A stretch of DNA of 64,000 bases from an uncultured virus (IMG/VR IMGVR_UViG_3300037631_006629) (IMGVR_UViG_3300037631_006629:1-64000), one strand, 5' to 3'; shown: positions 9,471 to 20,518, counted from the first letter of the stretch. The notes: a model not told the origin generated them from the letters alone. Numbers and translations: made by a program.

Positions 9471-12400
9471 ATGAGTCTAAAACTTAAAGACGCTTTATTT
9501 GAAACTAATGAAAAAAATCTATATAAGATTTTTGAAAAAGCAGATAAAAGAGAACTTGAAGGAAATGTTCAAGCGCTTAATAAGCAAAAACTACAAGCTG
9601 TGGTTAAAGCAATTGCAACTTCTTTAAATAACAAGTTACCGGATACGGAAACTGTAAAGCTAAAAGACGTAATGAAGTCTCCTTTAGGTGTTTTTGGTTT
9701 TAATGACATTAAAGCACTATCAAATGTTCCTATTGCACTAGGTCTAAAAATTGATCCTGTTAACATTAAAGGAGATCAATCACAAGGCATTGATCCTCTT
9801 TCTTTTAAAGCTGCAGATACTTTTGATATTATGCCAATACAGATTGTTAACAAATTTGGTGAGGCAATAGGTGGAAATGTTAAAGGCAACGAGATGATAG
9901 GAATTGCTTATTTTCCTGCAATAATGAAACCTTTAGATAATCCAGAATTTCATGTTAAAAGATTTGGATTGAAGCCTCCAGAAAAAGGTAATACTTTAAT
10001 GCATATGAAGGTACCTTTAGATATTCCTGTTGAGCTGGTTACTAAAGAAGAGTTTGAAGAGATTCAAAAAGCTTTTCTTACAGGTAAAGAAGCAGTTATT
10101 AATAGAATTAGTAATTTGCAAAAGTCTAGAATAAGTGGAGGAGTTCCGGAGCAAGCAGGTCAAAGTGATGTTGCTATGTCAAAGAATAAGAGAAAAACAT
10201 CTGCAGACAATAAAGATGCGAGTAGTAACGAAGATAAAGATATAGACAACAAGACAGATTCAATAGAAAAACCAGATAAAATGCCAGAAGCATTTAACTT
10301 TTCTACAGGAAAAAAACTTCATGAACATTCTTTGTCATCATTGCTTTTAGAGAGTCAAGATGAAGATCCAGTTACAGAACCTGCAGCAAAATTGGACAAA
10401 GGTGGTGCGCAAGCGGAAATCGTTCCTCAACGAGTTGAATTTATGCTTAAAGATTTTCCTGGAGTAACTATTGAGCAAATGTTTTCTGTAGGTTCTGATA
10501 TTTTTGCAGGAGATGAAAAAATAAGAAAAGCTGGTGTTGCCGGCGTTATTGACGATAATATAGAACAAAAACTAGATTCATATTTTGATAGTATGAGTAG
10601 CTTTCAATTAGCATGTTTTTATCTGTACCTTGAAGCTATAGGTGAAATGGATGAATTTAATGCTACAGCTAATCAAACGGTATGGAAAAATTATATAAAT
10701 AATAATTTTGGTGGTTCTATAGAAAATATGGTAACCGCGTTTAAAAGCAATCCTGAATCTCTTGATTTAAAACAAAATGGTATTACTAAAGATGAATTAG
10801 TAGCTTTATTTGATGATTTAAAACAACCTGAAGTTCAGGTTGCAACTCATATAGATAATTCTGTAAGTGGTGATAGTAAAGGATCGGCTACAGACCCTTT
10901 CAGTGAAGATCTTGATTCATTGTTTGACATAATAGATGTTGATGGTGTTGATGGTTGGTCGAACATGGATCCAGATGAACAAATAGATGCAGTGAGCTCA
11001 AATCTAAGTGGCAGTCAATTACAACAAGTACTTAATACAGCTGAAGAAAACACTGGTAACGAAATGACGATACAAGCATTAACAAATGCTGATGCACCTT
11101 TTTGCAATTTAGTTGTTGGAAATGAAAAAGAAAGTGACGAAAAATCTAGTATTCTATTTTTTCAAAGTATACAAATGTCCCCTAAAGGTAGACGTAAAAA
11201 AAATATTGTCTTTATAATCTTATTTAAAGATAATGGTGGCTACGAATTTTTAAGGAAAGATCATAAATTTGATACATACAAAGAAATAATAGATAATCTT
11301 GCAGACTGCGCACTATATGATATTTCAAAAAACAAAGAACCCGATGTGCTTTCTATTTTATCTAGAATAAAAGAATTAGATGCCACCGAAGGCAAACAAA
11401 CGATTACTAAAACGCTTCAAGATGAATTTAATATAGATATTGAACATCTTGAAAGTCAAGATGATGACAAAGGGCAAGAAAAACCAGACGAAATTCAACA
11501 AGCTAGTTCTAAAGTTCCTAATGCGCCAAGCGAAGAAGAGCAAAAAGCTTACGAAGGATTTCAAGATATTTTTAGTGCTAATCGATATGATAATAATTTG
11601 TCGACAGCGCAAAATAATATTTCAAAAGTACAAGACACAGAGCAAAAAATTCCAGATAAAATAAAGTCTAAAATCGATCAGATTGACAAATTATCTGGAG
11701 TCGATCAAAATGATATTAAAAATGTAGGTGCGCTTTTAAATGCAAAGAGCGATTTATGTCGAACTATGTCAACTGTAATGGATGACGTAGAAGATTGTGC
11801 AAAAAATTTATCAAAACTTGTAAAATTTAAACCAAAAATAAGTGAAGAAGGCGAAGAACGAAAATTTGTGCCTAAGTATAGGACTAAATCTTTTGTTGCG
11901 GGTCTTGATTATGTTAAAAAAGTTGCTAATTTAGTAGAAGAAACTTTTAATGCTATGGGAATTAGTGAATTTCTTTCTCAAGAAAGTGAATCTCAAAATA
12001 CTGTTGCTATGCTTAATAACAGTGCTCGTCCAATTGTAAAAAGTATATTAGACTTTAAATATAAAGATAATAAAAGATCATATTCTCAATTTAGTCAATG
12101 GAGCAAAACTTATAAAATAAGTACTCGAGTAAATGATCAGTGGGAAAAAAAGACTGGCGATGATGTTAAAAATTCTATTCAATATTTAATTGAAGAGTTA
12201 GTAAAAGCATTTAAAAAAGGCTCAGCACAAATAGAAAAAGAGCTTAATAATGCTATTGAAGATTTTAGTAAAGAAAACGCTGAAGCTTTAAGTAAAGTTG
12301 AACAAGGTGCCTTTAATTGGCGTGAAGGTTTAAAATATGATATTGATAAAATATACAAGCCTTTTAGTAAAATAAGTGGTATTGATATAACATACGAGAC

Positions 12401-15400
12401 GTTTGAATCTTATTTCGACTCATTTGTTGAGCAGGCACAAGAAAGAGTAGAAACTTCAAAAAAAGAGTTTGACCCAAGCATTTTAGAAAAGCCTTTAGTA
12501 TTAGACTTAGATGCTGTAATTGGTGAATTAGAAAAAGTTAATATTAAAGACGAATCTATTAATGACTTGGCAATTATATTGGCTAGAAACTTTATTGAGA
12601 TAGATGATAAAAAACGTCAGCAATTAACTGCTGTTGAAGCACAAAGATATTTTGTAGAATCTTTTTATGAAGCATTAGATATTCAAGGAAAGAGCGGAAG
12701 ATTTTTAGAAAATGCTAACAAAAAAGGTGAGCCTTTAAATGAAATTGTAGGAGTCGCAGCTGGTGCAGTAGCAAGTGCAGCTTTGTTTTGTGGCGTTACT
12801 CTAGGCACTTCTATTGTAATTATTGCTCTTGCAGGTTATGGAATAGGTCAGATTACTGGTTTTGATGACTGGATTAAACGAAAATTATCAAAAAAAGTGC
12901 TTAAAAAGCAAGACGTTGTTGAAGCTATAATGGATAATGACGAAATGGTAGCAGCATATAAAAAGCTAATAAAAGTTAGTTTGTTAAAAGCTGCGCAAGA
13001 ATACTTTATATCTCTTGAAAGTAGTTTAGAAGAAAAATTTAATATTAAGCTAAAATATAGTAATCAAAAAGAATATAGGGCAGTAAAGACTAGACAGCAA
13101 GAAGAGAAAAAGTCTGCTAAAGCTATTGAAAACATGTCTGACTTTGGTAAAGAGCTTATGACAAAAATAGAAGATGTTGGACATGATGTTCTTCCTTCTA
13201 TGCCGGGATCACAACACTTTTCTGATGTCACAGTGACACGTGTTAATAGTGCGCTTAGAGAAAGCAAGCATATTAACATGATAATTAATCATTTAAGTGA
13301 TGGCAATACTGCAGGTCAAGAAAATGCTGGGTTTGTGTATCAAAAAGGCTTGGGTCAGCTTATTCTTAAAGAATCAGAAGAAAATTCTGTGTCAAGCAAA
13401 AAAGAGCAAATAAACATTCCAGTAAATAAAATGTTTGGAGAGCTCAAGAGACTTATTGGTCAGTCTATTTCTAAAACAAATTACAATGAAAAAATCCTCA
13501 GAGACTTAGAAAAAGACTTTATAAAGTACGGTAATGAAAATTCTTCAAAAATAAGCATAACAAAAGCAGAGAACAAAACAATCCCAGTTAGTTTTGTAGT
13601 ACAAAAAATATCTGCTTACACTGGTATACCTCAAGCTAAAATTAAAAAGCAGCTTTTTGAAAGCAAAAATAGAAATTCAAACTTAATAAATTACAATAAT
13701 AAAAAGAACATTGAAAACTTAATAAACGAAAACATTCTAAGTGGTTCTCTTGCTAATCTTTTACTTGAAGAAAGTTCAGTTGTATCACATGTAAGCTCTG
13801 CAGGTCAATATTCAAGAGATGGTCGATTCTATTTTGAGAACTTGCAAAGCAAGGGCAGCGATGGAGTGGAGAAATATGATTACTATGTTACTGACTTTGC
13901 TAAAAGTATTAAAAGGCCTACAATAAAATTTGATCTTAATGATGTTGGTATTGTACCGTCAAAGGGCAGTCAGTTTACCATTAGTTCTGAAGATGGGGCT
14001 GATCCTACACCTTTTGTTAGATTTAGTGTTGAACACAATGGTGTTAAAAAAGTTTTAAGATTTAGAGCAGATGGAATTGCTAGTGATTTTGACAAGGATG
14101 TAAAAATATTCTTGAAATTGAAAAATATGGATGCTGCGGAAAGGATGAGATACTCTGATCAAATTAGTAAAATATCTAATCGACTTGGTAATCTAAAAGG
14201 AAAAATTGATCCTAATGGTAAGATTACAATAACATCAGACGGTGAGAATGTAGGTATAATAAAGAATGTTAAAGAATTTAAAACGCCTCCAATTAGTAGA
14301 ACTAATAAATTAACTGAAGATAGATTTAATGATATGATTGAAAGTACGTCAGCTAAGGGTGAAATTTATCTATCTGCTTCAGAAAATTTACAAGCGAAAC
14401 ATGATCAATTTCTACTACATAAATTAGGTGGTGAACGTAGTGATTACGTAGTAAAAAAAGGTTTAGCTATTCCTAAAGAACACATGCTAGAAGGAGAAAT
14501 ACAGTGGGGAGATTCAGACGTTATTGAAGGTGTAAAAGCTTTTAAAACTAATGGGGAATTTGTTGAAATAAAAATTGCTGCTGGATCAACTAGCGGTGAA
14601 ATTGTTACAATTTCACCTGATGGTGTAGAGCTAGCTTCTAGATCACGAGTTATAGAGCTTAGAGACAAACTTGTCGGAAATCCAGTAAAGTTTAAAACTA
14701 CAGGTGATACAATTTCAGATAATGGTTTAGTTTCTTCAAAACTAGAAATGTCTGCGAAGGCAAAGGAAACTCTAGGTAGTGCTGGTACTGAGGTTGGTGA
14801 ACAGGCTGGTGCTGAGGCTGGTGCTGAGGCTGGTGCTGAGGCTGGTGCTGAGGCTGGTTCAGAGGCTGGTTCAGAGGCTGGTTCAGAGGCTGGTTCAGAG
14901 GCTGGAGAGCAAGCAGCTGGTGAACAAGCTGGAGAGCAAGTAGATACAGAAATTAAGGACGTCAAGTCTAATGATTCTAATATAGACATTTTTAAAGATG
15001 ATAAAGTAGATTCAATTGATCAAGATGCTTTAGATGAAATATATAAAGATCATATGAGAACAGACTCAGGCGGTAATATTAGACTAGACGCTCAACATTT
15101 AGATGATGATTTTGAAAAGTTAGGTTATAAAGTAGATACTTCTAATAGTGTTGGTGAAATAAAACTATATAGGATTGACTCAGATGGCAATGCATCTTCG
15201 GAAGTAATAGAAACTTTTGAAAACAGTCCGGATGGTGTTAAAGATCTTTGTCAAAAAATAAACGATTTGAAAGGTCAAAGTAATATTTCTTTAGAAGTTA
15301 AAGAAATTAATATGGAAACTAAAACTTTAACAAAAATCGATCCAGAGTCTGAAGGTTTTTTTGCAGGTGCTAAGAAATTCTATAACGACTTGTTTGATTC

Positions 15401-17705
15401 ATCTTCTAGTGTGACAGACAAGACTCTTTCTAATATTGCTATATCTAAAGGCCCACCTATGACTGGTCCTGATGCTGAAGCATTTCAAAACTTATTTAAT
15501 GCTGACGGTTTTGAGTCTGCTAAAGTTTTTGAGCTCAAAGGCGGAGGTGGAATAATTGACTTTGGTAATGGTAAAGTAATTGCTTCACCTACAATTGAAA
15601 ATCTAAAAGAGCAATATGGTATAATAGCACAAAATAACTTTGATTTTAAAGTTGCAATGGCTAAAGAGTTTGGAAAGGAATATGCAACTGTTTCAAGCGG
15701 TGCTGAAGTTGTAGAACCTACGCTTGGTGAGGCTTTAGTGGGGAAAATAGGTGCATGGTTGCCAATAATTCCTTTAGCACTTTATGGTTATAAAACTTTT
15801 AAGAGCATACAGTCAGCTAAAAAAGACGTTATAATAAAAGCTATGTTAGATAGCATTAAAGCTGAGTCTGATATAGGTTTCTTTAACATTTCAGCATCTG
15901 TGCCTTTAGCTTATAAAATATGTAAGTTACTAGAAGAAAACAAACAAACATTAAAGGAAAATGGTATTAATATTGTTGGTTCTCTAGGTCAAGAAAAAGC
16001 AGGAACTACTGGAATGGGTAGCCAAAAGTTAGCTTCAAGCAAACTTGTATCTTCTCTTAAGCAGCAACTTAGAACTAGTACTAGTGGTCCGTTTAAGAAG
16101 TGGAGAGGACAATCAAAGGCAAGTGGCGTAAATGCAGATAGTATTACAGATGATCAAATTGCGCAAGCAATAAACGGAGGTTTAACACAGATCTGTGTTG
16201 GTCTTCTTAAGATTTATGATAAAGAAAGATATAAAGAAACAGTTAAGACTGCAGATAAGGAAAGCTACAGTAAAGAAGCTTCTAAGTGGTTTAAAAGCAA
16301 AAATTATGACAATGTCATTAATAGAATTGGTGGTGAAGAAGTTTCCAGTAATAGAGAAAAAATGCTGCAAAAAAATGTTTCAAAAGAAGTAGAGCTATTA
16401 TCAAACTTTATTATTGGACTAAATAGAGACTCAAAAGGTTTAGGTGAAAGCTTTTACAAAAACAAACTAAAAAACCTTTTGTTTGAAACAGGATTTTTGA
16501 CTGAAGTTTCAAATAAAACAATTATTGACGTTAAAGAACTTAAAAGTGGATTAAGATCTTCTGGTGTAGCAGTATACTCTTCAGGATTAAAACCTGATAG
16601 CAAAGATTTCGTTGAAGGTGAAAACTATTTAGTTGGTACACTTGCAGACTTTTTATACACTAACTTTGACATTGAAGTTAAAGGAGTAGAAGAATATCAA
16701 AAGCTCAACTTAACAAAGGTTGCTGTAGAAGCTGATGTTGATCAAGATGCAAAAGTTGGTGAATCTGCTTCTAAAGAGCTTGAAGCTGTTGTTGGTAATG
16801 GACCGGTTGCACAAAACATGAATGCACCTATGGACTTAAATCAGCTAGCTGGTTTAATTAATATGAGCGGCGGCAATAATGCACTTTTGCTTATACTACT
16901 CCTTTCACAACAACCTCAACTTCTTCAAGCACTTGTTGCACTTCAAGGTAAAGGTGGTGCTTCTTTATTAGACGGACTTAACTTAATAAAGCAAGAAGCA
17001 CCTGAAGATGCTAAAGAAAAGCTTGAAGGGATTGATAGAGACATAGAACAAGCTTTGGAGTATCAAAACAACTCTAAACCAAATATGTCAAAGAAAGATG
17101 TTAAAAGGCTTTATAAACTACTAAATGCTGATCCTTTGAGCAAGCTAAGCAATCAAAATATAATATCAGGATCAAAAATTAACATAAAAGATTCAAGCAT
17201 GTTTGTTGCAAACTTAAGACGCTATTTTAATATAACAGATGGAAATGTAGGTTATAGTGATGATGATGTCTTTAAATTATTTAATTTTATGCTTGGTGTT
17301 AATGGATTTTATGATACAGAAAATCTTAAAGCATCTAATGATGAAGGTTATTATAAACATGATAGCAACAAAGTAATTGATAATAGTGAACAAGAAATTA
17401 TGTATATAACAACCTGCGCAGGCCTTTATTTAGCTGCAAAGTTTCTTAGACTTGATCATGATAGTATTATTAAAACCTACATAATGAAAGCAATTGCAGG
17501 AACTGACGATGATAAAAATACTTTTTATAGTAAATTAAATCAAGGAAACAATGTTATATTTACTTCGCTTGATATACCAGAGTTAACTGCAGAGAATAAA
17601 TTTAGAAAATCAAAGGTAATTACAAGAAAGCCTAAAAAACTAAAAGTGATAGAAGAGGCTAAGTTTTTGGAGCAAGAGTTTAAACGATTATGGAATTTAA
17701 GATAA
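9471..17705 (+). CDS. Giant 2744-aa protein, probable virion/ejection polyprotein
   Basis: Long ORF with many internal LxE motifs, two hydrophobic segments and a G/A/E repeat linker; function inferred. Confidence 0.6.
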   Translation: MSLKLKDALFETNEKNLYKIFEKADKRELEGNVQALNKQKLQAVVKAIATSLNNKLPDTETVKLKDVMKSPLGVFGFNDIKALSNVPIALGLKIDPVNIKGDQSQGIDPLSFKAADTFDIMPIQIVNKFGEAIGGNVKGNEMIGIAYFPAIMKPLDNPEFHVKRFGLKPPEKGNTLMHMKVPLDIPVELVTKEEFEEIQKAFLTGKEAVINRISNLQKSRISGGVPEQAGQSDVAMSKNKRKTSADNKDASSNEDKDIDNKTDSIEKPDKMPEAFNFSTGKKLHEHSLSSLLLESQDEDPVTEPAAKLDKGGAQAEIVPQRVEFMLKDFPGVTIEQMFSVGSDIFAGDEKIRKAGVAGVIDDNIEQKLDSYFDSMSSFQLACFYLYLEAIGEMDEFNATANQTVWKNYINNNFGGSIENMVTAFKSNPESLDLKQNGITKDELVALFDDLKQPEVQVATHIDNSVSGDSKGSATDPFSEDLDSLFDIIDVDGVDGWSNMDPDEQIDAVSSNLSGSQLQQVLNTAEENTGNEMTIQALTNADAPFCNLVVGNEKESDEKSSILFFQSIQMSPKGRRKKNIVFIILFKDNGGYEFLRKDHKFDTYKEIIDNLADCALYDISKNKEPDVLSILSRIKELDATEGKQTITKTLQDEFNIDIEHLESQDDDKGQEKPDEIQQASSKVPNAPSEEEQKAYEGFQDIFSANRYDNNLSTAQNNISKVQDTEQKIPDKIKSKIDQIDKLSGVDQNDIKNVGALLNAKSDLCRTMSTVMDDVEDCAKNLSKLVKFKPKISEEGEERKFVPKYRTKSFVAGLDYVKKVANLVEETFNAMGISEFLSQESESQNTVAMLNNSARPIVKSILDFKYKDNKRSYSQFSQWSKTYKISTRVNDQWEKKTGDDVKNSIQYLIEELVKAFKKGSAQIEKELNNAIEDFSKENAEALSKVEQGAFNWREGLKYDIDKIYKPFSKISGIDITYETFESYFDSFVEQAQERVETSKKEFDPSILEKPLVLDLDAVIGELEKVNIKDESINDLAIILARNFIEIDDKKRQQLTAVEAQRYFVESFYEALDIQGKSGRFLENANKKGEPLNEIVGVAAGAVASAALFCGVTLGTSIVIIALAGYGIGQITGFDDWIKRKLSKKVLKKQDVVEAIMDNDEMVAAYKKLIKVSLLKAAQEYFISLESSLEEKFNIKLKYSNQKEYRAVKTRQQEEKKSAKAIENMSDFGKELMTKIEDVGHDVLPSMPGSQHFSDVTVTRVNSALRESKHINMIINHLSDGNTAGQENAGFVYQKGLGQLILKESEENSVSSKKEQINIPVNKMFGELKRLIGQSISKTNYNEKILRDLEKDFIKYGNENSSKISITKAENKTIPVSFVVQKISAYTGIPQAKIKKQLFESKNRNSNLINYNNKKNIENLINENILSGSLANLLLEESSVVSHVSSAGQYSRDGRFYFENLQSKGSDGVEKYDYYVTDFAKSIKRPTIKFDLNDVGIVPSKGSQFTISSEDGADPTPFVRFSVEHNGVKKVLRFRADGIASDFDKDVKIFLKLKNMDAAERMRYSDQISKISNRLGNLKGKIDPNGKITITSDGENVGIIKNVKEFKTPPISRTNKLTEDRFNDMIESTSAKGEIYLSASENLQAKHDQFLLHKLGGERSDYVVKKGLAIPKEHMLEGEIQWGDSDVIEGVKAFKTNGEFVEIKIAAGSTSGEIVTISPDGVELASRSRVIELRDKLVGNPVKFKTTGDTISDNGLVSSKLEMSAKAKETLGSAGTEVGEQAGAEAGAEAGAEAGAEAGSEAGSEAGSEAGSEAGEQAAGEQAGEQVDTEIKDVKSNDSNIDIFKDDKVDSIDQDALDEIYKDHMRTDSGGNIRLDAQHLDDDFEKLGYKVDTSNSVGEIKLYRIDSDGNASSEVIETFENSPDGVKDLCQKINDLKGQSNISLEVKEINMETKTLTKIDPESEGFFAGAKKFYNDLFDSSSSVTDKTLSNIAISKGPPMTGPDAEAFQNLFNADGFESAKVFELKGGGGIIDFGNGKVIASPTIENLKEQYGIIAQNNFDFKVAMAKEFGKEYATVSSGAEVVEPTLGEALVGKIGAWLPIIPLALYGYKTFKSIQSAKKDVIIKAMLDSIKAESDIGFFNISASVPLAYKICKLLEENKQTLKENGINIVGSLGQEKAGTTGMGSQKLASSKLVSSLKQQLRTSTSGPFKKWRGQSKASGVNADSITDDQIAQAINGGLTQICVGLLKIYDKERYKETVKTADKESYSKEASKWFKSKNYDNVINRIGGEEVSSNREKMLQKNVSKEVELLSNFIIGLNRDSKGLGESFYKNKLKNLLFETGFLTEVSNKTIIDVKELKSGLRSSGVAVYSSGLKPDSKDFVEGENYLVGTLADFLYTNFDIEVKGVEEYQKLNLTKVAVEADVDQDAKVGESASKELEAVVGNGPVAQNMNAPMDLNQLAGLINMSGGNNALLLILLLSQQPQLLQALVALQGKGGASLLDGLNLIKQEAPEDAKEKLEGIDRDIEQALEYQNNSKPNMSKKDVKRLYKLLNADPLSKLSNQNIISGSKINIKDSSMFVANLRRYFNITDGNVGYSDDDVFKLFNFMLGVNGFYDTENLKASNDEGYYKHDSNKVIDNSEQEIMYITTCAGLYLAAKFLRLDHDSIIKTYIMKAIAGTDDDKNTFYSKLNQGNNVIFTSLDIPELTAENKFRKSKVITRKPKKLKVIEEAKFLEQEFKRLWNLR
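14805..14939 (+). repeat. In-frame 12-bp tandem repeat (AGAE x4, AGSE x4, then degenerate AGEQ)
   Basis: gctggtgctgag x4 then gctggttcagag x4. Confidence 0.95.
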
Positions 17706-17715
17706 GGTTTTAAAA

Positions 17716-18177
17716 ATGAAGCTTAACGAGAATATGATGAAAAAAGTTTTAAAAGAAGAGTATGACAAGAGAATAAAATATTTTCTTACAGAAAAGATAA
17801 CTGTTAAAGATAAACGTGGTGTAAATGTTTTGCAATATGCTAATGGTCTTAAAGTTTTAGATAGTGCAGGAAATCAATACTCTTTTGATGGAGTAGTTAA
17901 AAAAGGAAATGAAGAATTTGCTAAACTTTACTTACCTGATGAGCCTCGTAAAGATGCTTATGGAGTAAGTGGAGGATCAACTTTGCATGAAGATGAAAGA
18001 GGCGAAATTGGATTTTACAGTAGATCTAATGGAAACATGAGAGACGTTTCGGCTGTTGATGACGTTGAAATGCCAGAAGAAAGACCTTCCTCACCTAAAC
18101 TTCCAGATAGAAAATTTATACTAGTTCCTATGGGTGAATTTGAGCAAAGATTTAAACTTAAAACTGAAGAAGAGTAA
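17716..18177 (+). CDS. Hypothetical protein with packaging-type leader
   Basis: MKLNENMMKKVLKEE...FLTE. Confidence 0.7.
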   Translation: MKLNENMMKKVLKEEYDKRIKYFLTEKITVKDKRGVNVLQYANGLKVLDSAGNQYSFDGVVKKGNEEFAKLYLPDEPRKDAYGVSGGSTLHEDERGEIGFYSRSNGNMRDVSAVDDVEMPEERPSSPKLPDRKFILVPMGEFEQRFKLKTEEE

Positions 18178-18185
18178 AACTTATT

Positions 18186-18923
18186 ATGCATATAAATAAT
18201 TTAATTAAAAAAGCGATCGCTGAAACATTAGAAGAAAAAGGATTATCAACCAATGCTAGTCAAGAAAGATTAACAGAGAACAATCTTGTTTCATCTGGAG
18301 TTATGTCTGAGGCTTATGTCGCTGAAGCTGGAAAGTTTAATTTAAAAACAGAACTTTTATCAGATAAAACTAAGAAAGCACATCAAGAACTTTTAGAAGG
18401 ATACGTTGAAAATCTTAACAAAGTTTCTGCAAAGTTAGACGGAGTAGACAAATCTTCAGCTAATTTAAACCACTCTGACTTTCGAAACTTAAAGGTAGAC
18501 GAAACTTACAATCATAATGCTGCATTTTTACATGGCATGTATTTTGAAAACATAAGTGACTTAAATAGTCAGATTACAGTTGATTCATTGACTTATATGA
18601 AGTTAGCAAGAGACTTTGGCACGTTTGATAAGTGGCAAGAAGATTTTGTTGCTTGTTGTCTTTCAGCAAGAAATGGTTGGGCTGTTACTTTTTATAATCC
18701 AAATCTTAAAAGATATATGAATACTGTTATTGACTTACATAGCCAAAACGTAATGATTAGCATGCTTCCAGTTGTTGTAATGGATTGTTGGGAACATAGT
18801 TATTATAGAGATTATCTTAAAGACAGAAAAACATATGTCTATGGAATGATGAAAGAGATAGATTGGTCTATTGTTGAGAATAGAGTTAAATTATCTGAAA
18901 AAATTGCGAAAGTGTTAGGTTAA
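18186..18923 (+). CDS. sod: Fe/Mn superoxide dismutase with N-terminal extension
   Basis: Ligand motifs AH..L..GYV..LN, FLHGMYFEN, DCWEHSYY; GWAV. Confidence 0.88.
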   Translation: MHINNLIKKAIAETLEEKGLSTNASQERLTENNLVSSGVMSEAYVAEAGKFNLKTELLSDKTKKAHQELLEGYVENLNKVSAKLDGVDKSSANLNHSDFRNLKVDETYNHNAAFLHGMYFENISDLNSQITVDSLTYMKLARDFGTFDKWQEDFVACCLSARNGWAVTFYNPNLKRYMNTVIDLHSQNVMISMLPVVVMDCWEHSYYRDYLKDRKTYVYGMMKEIDWSIVENRVKLSEKIAKVLG

Positions 18924-18925
18924 TC

Positions 18926-19756
18926 ATGTCTGATAGATTTTTAAACAATATGAAGTATATGCTAGAAAATACTAGAGGTTTGTCATTAAAAGTTTTACTT
19001 GAAGACAAAGAAGATAAAGAAGACAAAGAAGATAAAGAAGACCCCTTTGCAGATGCGTTCGACAGTAATGACGAAGATGAAAAGGACACAGACAAAGAAG
19101 ATAAAAAGAGCGCAGAAGAAGGTGAAGATGAAGAAGGTGAAGATGACGTAACTGAGCCTGAAGAAAGCACTGATAGTTCTGCTGGTGTATATGATGATTT
19201 ACATAGCTTGTCTGATTTTACAAAAACAGTTTCTGACGCTAATGATGAAAAAGAAAGAGTTAAAAATAAATTTAAGTTTAAACCTGAAGCTATAATTTCT
19301 TCTTCGTTTGATCCTATAATAAGTCATAAAAACAAGTCTTCTTTAATTTTAAAGAATTTACTCTTAATGAAAGAAGAAAGTAAATTTGACAAAACTTTAG
19401 ATAAAGTAGAAAAGTCAATAGAAGATGAGCAAAAAAGAATAGAAAAATTAGGAGATGATGCACATTCTATTTCTTCAAAGATAGTAAAAGGATTTAATAT
19501 AAATCATGAAAAAGAATCAGCAGAAGCTTTAAATAATTTTAAAAACTTTGATGCTAAATTTAGCAAAGCTGAGCTTGTTGCAAACATGTATATTGATAAA
19601 ATATCTGATTTAAGTTCGCCTCAAGACTTAGAAAGAAACATAAAAGATTTTTTATCTAGATTTAACCAGCTTTTACCAGACAGCGATAAGATTGATATAC
19701 AGGAAAAGCCGACTTCATATAATACAGGCACAGGCGGCAAAACACCGTCAGGATAA
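18926..19756 (+). CDS. Acidic hypothetical protein, probable virion/scaffold-like
   Basis: LSLKVLLE followed by EDK repeats; LKNLLLMKEE. Confidence 0.6.
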   Translation: MSDRFLNNMKYMLENTRGLSLKVLLEDKEDKEDKEDKEDPFADAFDSNDEDEKDTDKEDKKSAEEGEDEEGEDDVTEPEESTDSSAGVYDDLHSLSDFTKTVSDANDEKERVKNKFKFKPEAIISSSFDPIISHKNKSSLILKNLLLMKEESKFDKTLDKVEKSIEDEQKRIEKLGDDAHSISSKIVKGFNINHEKESAEALNNFKNFDAKFSKAELVANMYIDKISDLSSPQDLERNIKDFLSRFNQLLPDSDKIDIQEKPTSYNTGTGGKTPSG

Positions 19757-19767
19757 GGCTTTTAAAA

Positions 19768-20064
19768 ATGAATGAAAAACAATTGGCAAACAAAATAGTG
19801 AATAACAAAACAATTCACTTTGAGTTGCAAGGAAACATTCATAGAAAACTTAGAGCACTTTTATTCTTAAAAGAAATGTCAATGCAAAAATTTTTTAGAC
19901 TCATGTCAGAAAAGTTTGTTGACGGAGATGACTATATAATTAGTCTTATAGAACAAAGAGTTAAAGAAGAAAAGACAAACAAGATTTCAAAGTTAAAAAA
20001 TATAAATACGAAAGATTTGTACGATGCTATCGAAGAAAATTCTCCTCTTAAAGAAAAAGATTAA
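19768..20064 (+). CDS. Ribbon-helix-helix DNA-binding protein
   Basis: KTIHFEL...HRKLRALLFLKEMSMQKFFRLMSEKFV strand-helix-helix pattern. Confidence 0.6.
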   Translation: MNEKQLANKIVNNKTIHFELQGNIHRKLRALLFLKEMSMQKFFRLMSEKFVDGDDYIISLIEQRVKEEKTNKISKLKNINTKDLYDAIEENSPLKEKD

Positions 20065-20077
20065 AAAAGCAGAACAG

Positions 20078-20470
20078 ATGTATTTAGGCAATTTGCTTGA
20101 TCAAAAGTTGTCTTTGCTAAGTGATAGAATTGAAAATCAAGAGCAGAAAATAAAAAATCTAGAATGTAAAATAATTGAGCTTAAAAAAACAAATAATAAA
20201 GAATTATTAAAAGTTAAAAGTGGAATTGATTTAATTCTAGACAGCGTAACTGATCTAGAAGACTATAGAGAAACTTGCTCTTTAGACTTGTCTACATTGG
20301 CATCAGCAATAACAGAACTTTATAATGTTTTAAATTACATGTTAGGTGGAAAGCTTTTAGTAAAAAAGGAGCCTACAAATGAAGACGAAGACTTTTTTGA
20401 AGAAGATTTACACCTTGAAGAGTACATAGATGAATGTGGTAAAAAGAAAAAGAAAAAGGTATATCATTAA
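20078..20470 (+). CDS. Coiled-coil hypothetical protein
   Basis: Likely start MYLG after the upstream stop; heptad pattern, acidic then basic tail. Confidence 0.6.
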   Translation: MYLGNLLDQKLSLLSDRIENQEQKIKNLECKIIELKKTNNKELLKVKSGIDLILDSVTDLEDYRETCSLDLSTLASAITELYNVLNYMLGGKLLVKKEPTNEDEDFFEEDLHLEEYIDECGKKKKKKVYH

Positions 20471-20518
20471 TCGAAACAATTAATATAATTATACCTATAT
20501 GATATTAGGAAACGTTAT

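Noticed and set aside
14805..14939. Iteron or CRISPR-like repeat
   Set aside because: In-frame 12-bp coding repeat within the giant ORF.
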